A stretch of 26,739 nucleotides of DNA, from positions 1 through 26,739 of the forward strand of contig JAQBHB010000106.1 in the NCBI GenBank assembly GCA_032128115.1, in the 5' to 3' direction. Below are positions 16,765-25,316 of the stretch, piece after piece. Position 1 is the stretch's first letter, and every line of letters begins with the position of its first letter. Source of the DNA: Deltaproteobacteria bacterium. Its GTDB lineage: Bacteria > Myxococcota_A > UBA9160 > SMWR01. The notes under the pieces are model-generated. The model was not told where the DNA came from and ran no database searches. It saw only the letters and a list, made by a program, of their open reading frames with translations. The position numbers and the translations under genes were made by a program.

Positions 16765-19757
16765 GACTTTTCCCCCTGGATTTTCGGCGCCGGTTGCCCC
16801 GGAATCCCATCCAACGCCACGGGCGTCGCGCCTCGCTCGCGCAGTCCGGCGTCGAGGCTGCTCAGATACGCGCTGTGCTGGGCGCGCCCGCTCTCCACGA
16901 ACGGTCGGATCTGCAGCAGCGAGAGTCGCCCGCCCACGAATCCGAACTCGACGTCGGCGGGCAGGGGCTCGCCCTTCTCGTCCTTTAGCGTCCCGAAGTT
17001 CTCGTGGGCGCTGTTCGCGAACTTCACCAGCTGCCCGATCTCGTCATCGCTGAGAAGCCGGTCCGCGCCGCTGGCGGGGACGCGCCCCACGCCTCCGGTG
17101 GGGAGCAGCACCGGCCTCGTGGGCTCGGTGGCCTGGGCCAGGAACTGTGCCGCGCCTGTGCGCGCCGAGATGCGCAGGGACTCGGCGGACTGGCCCTCGA
17201 CGCCGCCGCCGGGCCCTTCGCTCACCGCCACTGTCAACCAGCCGGATTCGCCCGTCTCCACGTCCACCGTGACCATGACGCCCGACGTCTCTGACGGAAG
17301 CGCCGCCTGGATCACCACGGCGGGAAACACGTACTCCGGATCTCCCATGTGGGACTGACGCCAGCCGTAGGCGCGCTCGGTGAACGGCGAAGCCCACACG
17401 TCGCGAATTGCCTGGAGGATGTTGTCGTAGCCCACCACGTTGGCAACCGTGAGATTCAGGCCGGCGCCGGTAAATCCCTCCAGGTCCTCCACGTTGGTGT
17501 CGCTGCGCACGAACACCCCCATCTCGCCCGCGCTGCCGAAGGTCTGGGCCATCAGCGTCCGCAACTGCCCCTTGAACTCGGGACCCGGGTCGGCGGACAG
17601 GATCCAGCCGCGAAGCCGGGTCAGGAAATCGCTCACGAGTTTCTGCTGCCGAGCGGGCTTGGAAGCCGCCGCCGCGATCGCGTCGTAACTCTCGACCATC
17701 CACTCGAAGACGGGCGGTCCCCCCTCTTCCACGGGCTGATCCAGCAGCTTCCGGAAGGCGCCAAACGGGATCACGAAGCCGTTGGGAACCGCGTCACCGA
17801 ATGTGTGCCTGAGCTCCCCCAGGTTCGCACCCTTGGGCCCCGACGTGCGGCCGGAGTCGCTGGCGCGCATGGATGCCAGGGGGACGAAGTCCGTCGATTG
17901 GATGTCGAGCTTCTCGAGATCCGGCCTGATCATCACGTCGGGCTGGGCCGCGGATTCCTCGCCGAAGATGGAATCCCAACGGGGTGCGTCCTCCACCAGT
18001 TGCACCACACCGTTGGGGCTCACCGCCAGCACCGCCGCCTTGCCGATCCGGGCATTCGCCCGCGGCAGCAACACCTCGCCCACCACCACGTTGGGAATGC
18101 CCAGGTTGCGCGCCAGCAGCTGCACGTGGGAGAGGGAGCTTCCCTCGCCCTGGGTGAGGATTCCGGACACCCGGGGCAGTTCGGCGGTGGTCTCGGGCAA
18201 CAGGTAGATACCATCGGGCTCTATGTTCTCGTCGGCGCCCGAGCGGATCACGCCGCGGGTAAGACCCGGGTTCAGGGCGCGCAGGCCGGCGCCCACGCGC
18301 TCGCCGAACAGGTCGTGCTGGATCCCCGCCAGCTGGTTGGCGTCCAGCACCAGGCTGTCGATGAGTCCGCTGTAGAAGAGCAGTGGGCTGCCGCGCAGCC
18401 GATCCTGCGGGTACAGATGCACCTCGGGCTCGAGCGGGGCCAGCTCGTCCACGGTGGGTCCGAAATTGAACGCCAGCCAGCGCCCGCACCACTCGGGACC
18501 GCGCGCCAGATAGCGCAGCTCTTCCCGGTAGGCGTTCACGCTCGGCTCGCCCGCGTCCTCGAGGCGCATGCGGGCCTGCTTCACCCCCACCAGGTGACGC
18601 GTGGTGAGAAAGCCGGCGCCGTACAGGGCCTCGGCCGACTGGTCGAGCAGCTCAATTCGCTGGCGACGCGACAACCCGTCGAGCTGGGTGAGCAGGGTGG
18701 CGCCGCCAACGTAGACATCGGTCTCCAGGGCGAGGCTCAGCACGAGGGCGTCCAGAGCCAGCTGCGGGTCGTCGATGTCTGGAAAGTGCTTGCGGATCAG
18801 ACCCAGCAGGCGGGCCCCCACTGCCAGGCGCATGCTGGGCGATGGGTCGGCCGCCAGTTTCGCACCCAGATCCGAGAGCGCGGCGGAGAGCTTCGGCGGT
18901 CCGATGCGCGGCGCCAGATCCAGCGCAAACGGAGCGGCCGCACTCTCGCCGTAGAGCGTGTCGATGTCCGCCGCGAGCGACTCGTAGGCTTGCGCAAGCG
19001 CCGCCTTCCCATCGGACGCTGCGTACTCACGCACCCGGGCGGCGTCGCCCCCACCGGGCTGGTTGTGGATCTTCACGCGCAACGGCGTGAAACCCTTGTC
19101 CTTGCTCGCCAGCAGCAGCGCCTGCTCGCGAACATCGGCTGCCGAGCCCTCGTCGGTCTGGAGCGGCAGCAGGCGCACCGTCTCGCGGAGGAGCATGAAG
19201 CGGGCCGGGTCGCGCCAGGCCGGGTCCTCCAGCATGGCCTTCACCACGGCCTTCGCGCCTGCCTCCTCGTCCTCGCTCTGGAGCGCGCCGCGATAGCCGC
19301 GCGCCCCCCGGAAGATCCAGCCATCGTCCCAGCCGATCAGGAAGCGCTCCATCAGGATCTGCTTGAGCGCCGCCAGGTCTGGGTCGGAGCCGACGAAGTC
19401 CTGCGGATCGAGGCCCGCCAGTACGTTGGCGAGCGTGAAGCCCGCCTCACGCAGGGCCAGGGCCTGTTCGTTCCACTCTCCGTGCTGGACGCCCCCGCCG
19501 TGGTCGGCGCAGGCGTAGGCCTTGGGCTCGAGCACCGCGCCGTCCTCACAGAACCAGCGGAGACGTTCGAAGGGGCCGCGAGGCGCCTCTTTGAAGGCTT
19601 CGATGGTGGCGCGGAACGCCGCTGCATTGGACGGCGCGGATTCGGGGGACGAGTGAACGGTGCCAGCCACCGAGTGAACGGTGTCAGCCACCGCCAGGCT
19701 CATCGCCAGCGGCATCAACGCGAGACCGATCATCGGGCTTCGGGGGGATAGAGTCAC
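16761..19757 (-). CDS. PEP-synthase/PPDK-superfamily dikinase with signal peptide; domain order N-terminal helical domain - phospho-His swivel - ATP-grasp
   Basis: GEGSSLSHVQLLARNLGIPNVV (phospho-His). GPKGANLGEL, VPNGFVIPFG, FVRSDTNVEDLEGFTGAGL, VWASPF, SGVMVT, DVEFGF..LLQIRP (nucleotide-binding domain). N-terminal hydrophobic stretch ending SLAVA. GAGGAAG RBS before GTG 19757. Confidence 0.88.
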   Translation of the reverse strand: MTLSPRSPMIGLALMPLAMSLAVADTVHSVAGTVHSSPESAPSNAAAFRATIEAFKEAPRGPFERLRWFCEDGAVLEPKAYACADHGGGVQHGEWNEQALALREAGFTLANVLAGLDPQDFVGSDPDLAALKQILMERFLIGWDDGWIFRGARGYRGALQSEDEEAGAKAVVKAMLEDPAWRDPARFMLLRETVRLLPLQTDEGSAADVREQALLLASKDKGFTPLRVKIHNQPGGGDAARVREYAASDGKAALAQAYESLAADIDTLYGESAAAPFALDLAPRIGPPKLSAALSDLGAKLAADPSPSMRLAVGARLLGLIRKHFPDIDDPQLALDALVLSLALETDVYVGGATLLTQLDGLSRRQRIELLDQSAEALYGAGFLTTRHLVGVKQARMRLEDAGEPSVNAYREELRYLARGPEWCGRWLAFNFGPTVDELAPLEPEVHLYPQDRLRGSPLLFYSGLIDSLVLDANQLAGIQHDLFGERVGAGLRALNPGLTRGVIRSGADENIEPDGIYLLPETTAELPRVSGILTQGEGSSLSHVQLLARNLGIPNVVVGEVLLPRANARIGKAAVLAVSPNGVVQLVEDAPRWDSIFGEESAAQPDVMIRPDLEKLDIQSTDFVPLASMRASDSGRTSGPKGANLGELRHTFGDAVPNGFVIPFGAFRKLLDQPVEEGGPPVFEWMVESYDAIAAAASKPARQQKLVSDFLTRLRGWILSADPGPEFKGQLRTLMAQTFGSAGEMGVFVRSDTNVEDLEGFTGAGLNLTVANVVGYDNILQAIRDVWASPFTERAYGWRQSHMGDPEYVFPAVVIQAALPSETSGVMVTVDVETGESGWLTVAVSEGPGGGVEGQSAESLRISARTGAAQFLAQATEPTRPVLLPTGGVGRVPASGADRLLSDDEIGQLVKFANSAHENFGTLKDEKGEPLPADVEFGFVGGRLSLLQIRPFVESGRAQHSAYLSSLDAGLRERGATPVALDGIPGQPAPKIQGEKS
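19650..19691. repeat. 21-bp in-frame tandem duplication (1 mismatch) in the dikinase N-terminus
   Basis: CGAGTGAACGGTGCCAGCCAC / CGAGTGAACGGTGTCAGCCAC, encoding VADTVHS-VAGTVHS on the minus strand. Confidence 0.9.
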
Positions 19758-19838
19758 GAGCTTCCTCTCGTTTTCGGGAGCGCGGTCGGGTGCGCTTGAG
19801 TGAACCGCGGCGAGCCGGGGCGCCCCCCGCTCGGCGGC

Positions 19839-20555
19839 CTATTCGCGGCCGAACGCGAAACTGCCGGACTTGCTCTCGACGACCCGGAACTGGACCGTCT
19901 CGTTGAACATCTTGGTGGGAGTCCAGCCGTTCGTCTCGGAGAACCTCTTCATGGTGAGGGTGAAGGCTCCGGTGGCATCGAGGATCCAGGGATCCCCTGG
20001 CGATTCGAACCACAGGGTGACCATGTGGTTCACACCGTCGCGATCCCGCCGCACGATCACCCGGAAGACCCGCCTGGCCTCGAAGCCGAACTCGCGCAGC
20101 AACTGATAGGCGATCAGATCGAGACCGTCGCAGTCGTCCCCGTTCTTCTCGAGCAGCTCCTGGATCGTGGGCCAGTAGTCATTGGCCGGGTCGGAGTCCA
20201 CGTCGATGCGGTAGTACTTGCGCGCCCGGATCTGCGCCCAGCCGTTGATCATGCGCGCCAGTTCCCGGCGCTTCTCGGTCTTGAAGGCCCCGATCTCGCT
20301 CTGCAGGGTCCCGGACCGGAACGGTTCCTTCGCGACGCCCGGGACCCGCATGGGCCCCTCCAGCTGGGCCCGCGACTGCCAGACCTCGACCTTGTCGAAC
20401 CAGGGGTCCGAATCGTTCGCGGGGCGAGCCTCGGCGAAGAAATCGTATCGGGTTGGGGAGGGCGCAGGCGATGCGCAACCAGGGGCCAGTCCGAAAACCG
20501 GAACCAGGGCCAGAAACGGGATCAGTCGCAGAACTGCATCGGGGGAGCGCAGCAC
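19839..20555 (-). CDS. Transglutaminase-like cysteine peptidase (BTLCP/LapG-like), predicted lipoprotein
   Basis: Lipobox-like LAPG-C. DYWPTIQELL...GDDCDG (Cys), NHMVTLW (His) and WILD (Asp) match the BTLCP triad pattern. Confidence 0.8.
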   Translation of the reverse strand: MLRSPDAVLRLIPFLALVPVFGLAPGCASPAPSPTRYDFFAEARPANDSDPWFDKVEVWQSRAQLEGPMRVPGVAKEPFRSGTLQSEIGAFKTEKRRELARMINGWAQIRARKYYRIDVDSDPANDYWPTIQELLEKNGDDCDGLDLIAYQLLREFGFEARRVFRVIVRRDRDGVNHMVTLWFESPGDPWILDATGAFTLTMKRFSETNGWTPTKMFNETVQFRVVESKSGSFAFGRE

Positions 20556-20643
20556 GGATGCAAGGATACCTCAGGACCGTGCAGCGAGTGGCACAGTCAT
20601 GCTCGCTGGGGCGTCGAGCCCCGGTACTGTAACGTATTGGACG

Positions 20644-20673
20644 TTGCGAAGGGCGAATGGCGATTGATATGCT
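20644..20673 (+). promoter_or_regulatory. Putative sigma70 promoter for the DUF1134-like gene
   Basis: TTGCGA (20644-49), 18-nt spacer, extended -10 TG-A-TATGCT (20668-73), in a locally AT-richer divergent intergenic region. Confidence 0.5.
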
Positions 20674-20725
20674 GGCCGCCGTCACCCCGGGGTTTGGGTT
20701 CTCAAACCGGCGAGAGTCGTCCAGA

Positions 20726-20753
20726 CCGAGCCCACGAACCCGAGCCCACGAAC
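20726..20753. repeat. 14-bp perfect tandem repeat x2 (CCGAGCCCACGAAC)
   Basis: Read directly in the leader upstream of the GAGGAG RBS of the next gene. Confidence 0.9.
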
Positions 20754-20781
20754 CGGCGGCACGTCCGCGAGGAGAAAACTC

Positions 20782-21309
20782 ATGTTCAAGCGAATCATCG
20801 TCATCGGAATCGGCCTTTCGCTGCTTCCCTTCGCCAGTGTCCAGGCCGACGAAGCGGGCGGAGAAGACATCGTGGTTCCGCCGCGCGCCCGACCGGCCCA
20901 GGCCCCGGCTCCGGCCCCGGCCCCGGTCATCGTGGAGAAGGCCGTCTCGGCCCCGCCGCCGGCCTGGGTAGAGCTCGAGCGCCTCTCGGTGGCGGCCGGC
21001 ATCGGCATCAGCTGGGGTGATGGAACCGTCACGTTCGCCGGCAAGCCCTACGGCTTTTCGGTGCGGGGCCTGAGCGTCGGCGCCCTGGGAGCGTCCAAGC
21101 TCTATGCGGTCGGTGGCGTCCGCAATCTGGACCGGATCGAGGACTTCCCGGGCGCCTACATGTCGGTCGAGGCCGGATTCGCCGCCGGCGCCGGCGCGTC
21201 GGCAATCACCATGCGAAACGAGCACGGCGTCGTGATCACGCTGCGCTCCGAGCTCCTGGGGACCCAGTTCAAGCTGGGACCCGAGGGGATTCGCATCACG
21301 CTCAACTGA
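20782..21309 (+). CDS. Secreted EipA/DUF1134-like beta-rich protein
   Basis: GAGGAG RBS, signal peptide ending SVQA, Pro/Ala linker, then GIGISWGDG..F..GLSVG..G.VRNL..IEDFPGAY...MRNEHGVVI pattern. Confidence 0.75.
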   Translation: MFKRIIVIGIGLSLLPFASVQADEAGGEDIVVPPRARPAQAPAPAPAPVIVEKAVSAPPPAWVELERLSVAAGIGISWGDGTVTFAGKPYGFSVRGLSVGALGASKLYAVGGVRNLDRIEDFPGAYMSVEAGFAAGAGASAITMRNEHGVVITLRSELLGTQFKLGPEGIRITLN

Positions 21310-21334
21310 TGGTTTCCGCGCTCAACTGATTGTT

Positions 21335-21362
21335 GCGGCGGCCCGGGTCTCCGGGCCGCCGC
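21335..21362. terminator. GC-rich hairpin between convergent genes (possible bidirectional terminator, no U-tract)
   Basis: Perfect 12-bp stem GCGGCGGCCCGG-gtct-CCGGGCCGCCGC between the stops at 21309 and 21377. Confidence 0.65.
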
Positions 21363-21376
21363 GATCGGCTCCCGCT

Positions 21377-23122
21377 TCAGTCGCGCAGACTCGCCAGGGG
21401 CTCCATCCACGGGGCCTGCTCGGACCCGAGCTGCGCTTCGAACTCTTCTCCCGCCACCGGCTTGCCCAACAGGTAGCCCTGGATCAGGTGGCATCCGTGG
21501 CGGTAGAGATACTCGAGCTGCTCCAGCGTCTCGACGCCCTCGGCAACCAGCGTGCGCTCGAGGCCCCTACCCATGGTGATCAGCGCCTTGGTGATGGTGG
21601 CATCGGCCGGATCCGTCAGGATGTTGCGGATGAAGGCGCGGTCGATCTTGATGCCGTCCACCGGCAGGGTCTTCAACGCCACCAGCGATGAGTAGCCGGT
21701 TCCGAAGTCGTCGATGGACACGCGCACGCCCAGCTTGCGGAGACCGCGCAGGGTGGCGATGGTGCGCCCGCCGGTCTCGAGGATGCTGCTCTCGGTGATC
21801 TCGACCTCGAGCCGCGACGCGTCGAGTCGCGACTCCTGCAGCGCGGCCGCCACCGTGTCGACGAACCCCTTGCGCGCGAGCTGACGCGCCGAGACGTTCA
21901 CGCCCACCCGCACGGGCTGGCTCCAGCGCACTGCGTTCTGACAGGCCGACCGCAGCACCCACTCGCCGAGTGCGATGATCATCCCCGTCTCCTCGGCAAT
22001 CGGGATGAACTCGTTCGGCGGCACCAGACCGCGCTCCGGATCCTGCCAGCGCACCAGGGCCTCGGCGCCCTCGATGCGGCCAGCCGCCACGTCGATCTGG
22101 GGCTGGAAGTGGAGCACGAACTCCTCGCGCTCGATGGCCAGGCGCAACCGCTTCTCTTCCGCCAGACGCTCCACGGCCACACCGTTCAGGTACTCGGCGT
22201 AGTAGTGATAGCGGCCCGTGCCCTCGGCCTTGGCGGCGACCATGGCGGCCTCGGCGTTGGCGATCAGCCGCTCCGGATCCTTGCCGTCCCGGGGATAGAC
22301 GGCGATCCCGATGCTGGCGCTGATCCAGTACTCCTGACCCGACACCTGGAAGGGCTCGGCAAGCACCTCCAGCAGGCTCTCGCCCACCACGGCCGGCCCG
22401 TGGGAGCGGGTCACGTCCGGGAGCATGAGCATGAACTCGTCGCCCCCCACGCGCGCCACCAGATCGCTCTTGCGCGCCGACGCAACCAGGCGCTCGGCGA
22501 CACCCTTGAGCAGCTCGTCTCCCAGCCGCTGGCCGCGGATGTCGTTCACGTCCTTGAAGCGATCCAGATCCACGAACAGGAGTGCAAACGGCTGGCGCTT
22601 GCGCTTGGCGAATGCCATGGCCCGGCGCAGTTGATCGCGAAATTCGAAACGATTCATCAATCCGGTCAGCGAATCATGGGTGGAGAGGTAGTGCTCGCGC
22701 TCCGTGCTGCGCGCCAGCTCCTGCAATGCACGCTGATGATCTGCCGTGCGTCGCACGCTGCGGTGCAGGCCGCGCGCATCCAGGCGGCTGCGAACCAGGA
22801 TCTCGCGGGCCCCCAGGCGCGTGGCCTCTGCCTCGTTGGCGTCGTCGTCGAAGTCGACGAGCGCGATCACGGGAAGTACGGCAGCGACCTCCTCGAGGCG
22901 GGCGGCGCCTCGGATGTCTCCGCCCCGGACGAGCGCCAGGTCTACCAGCAGGGCATGAAATTCCCCGGACTCGGCGCCGGCCACCGCCGCGTCCGGGTCC
23001 CCGACTGCCTGGATCACGAGGCCCGCGCTCTCGAGCGCCTCCCAGCCGGCGCCGGGCGCCGGCTGGCCCAGGGCCAGCAGCTGAAGCGGAGGCTCGGCCT
23101 CGATCCCGGTCGGCTCTTCCAA
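21377..23122 (-). CDS. Atypical REC-GGDEF-EAL protein (paralog of 10497-12281)
   Basis: HDSLTGLMNR, RKSD I-site, GGDEF, EAL, EVEITES, DDFGTGYSS, AEGVE, QGYL. The N-terminal receiver is degenerate. Start uncertain: TTG 23122 chosen because the longer track ORF runs through the tRNA. Confidence 0.88.
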   Translation of the reverse strand: MEEPTGIEAEPPLQLLALGQPAPGAGWEALESAGLVIQAVGDPDAAVAGAESGEFHALLVDLALVRGGDIRGAARLEEVAAVLPVIALVDFDDDANEAEATRLGAREILVRSRLDARGLHRSVRRTADHQRALQELARSTEREHYLSTHDSLTGLMNRFEFRDQLRRAMAFAKRKRQPFALLFVDLDRFKDVNDIRGQRLGDELLKGVAERLVASARKSDLVARVGGDEFMLMLPDVTRSHGPAVVGESLLEVLAEPFQVSGQEYWISASIGIAVYPRDGKDPERLIANAEAAMVAAKAEGTGRYHYYAEYLNGVAVERLAEEKRLRLAIEREEFVLHFQPQIDVAAGRIEGAEALVRWQDPERGLVPPNEFIPIAEETGMIIALGEWVLRSACQNAVRWSQPVRVGVNVSARQLARKGFVDTVAAALQESRLDASRLEVEITESSILETGGRTIATLRGLRKLGVRVSIDDFGTGYSSLVALKTLPVDGIKIDRAFIRNILTDPADATITKALITMGRGLERTLVAEGVETLEQLEYLYRHGCHLIQGYLLGKPVAGEEFEAQLGSEQAPWMEPLASLRD

Positions 23123-23245
23123 GGGTGCGGTCCACGGCCCGGCCGCTCCCGAAAGCGCCAGGCGATACGGGGGGGCTATGCCGCTATCGGCCAGATGCAG
23201 GCGCGGACTGAGAACGCTGCGTGGCGCCGCGGCGCCGCCAGAAAG

Positions 23246-23321
23246 TGGCGTCCCCAACGGGACTCGAACCCGTGTTGCCGCCTTGAAAGGGCGGAGTCCT
23301 AGGCCACTAGACGATGGGGAC
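23246..23321 (-). tRNA. tRNA-Glu (anticodon TTC), CCA encoded
   Basis: Reverse complement GTCCCCATCGTCTAGTGGCCTAGGACTCCGCCCTTTCAAGGCGGCAACACGGGTTCGAGTCCCGTTGGGGACGCCA: 76 nt, full cloverleaf, anticodon arm CCGCC-CT-TTC-AA-GGCGG, GTTCGA T-loop. Confidence 0.98.
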
Positions 23322-23459
23322 GCTCTCGTGCGGGCGGGCGAGAATATCGCGCATGTTCGATACGGGTGCTGGAAAATCGAGTCGCACGATGCGAATGGAG
23401 GTTTTTCCCCACGCTTCTCAGGCGTGCAGTTCCGCCCGCTGGCGGCCGATACGAGAGCC

Positions 23460-25312
<1,853 letters not shown>

Positions 25313-25316
<4 letters not shown>

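Noticed and set aside
16761..19757. Calling this gene ppsA or rifampin phosphotransferase
   Set aside because: Domain order differs from both, the pyruvate-binding barrel is absent, and there is an export-type leader.
20589..20603. Sigma54-like TGGCAC...TGC
   Set aside because: The GG-to-GC spacing is one base shorter than the strict -24/-12 requirement.
23246..23321. tRNA-anchored genomic island or prophage
   Set aside because: No integrase, no duplicated tRNA 3' end spotted in the window, and no obvious compositional shift.
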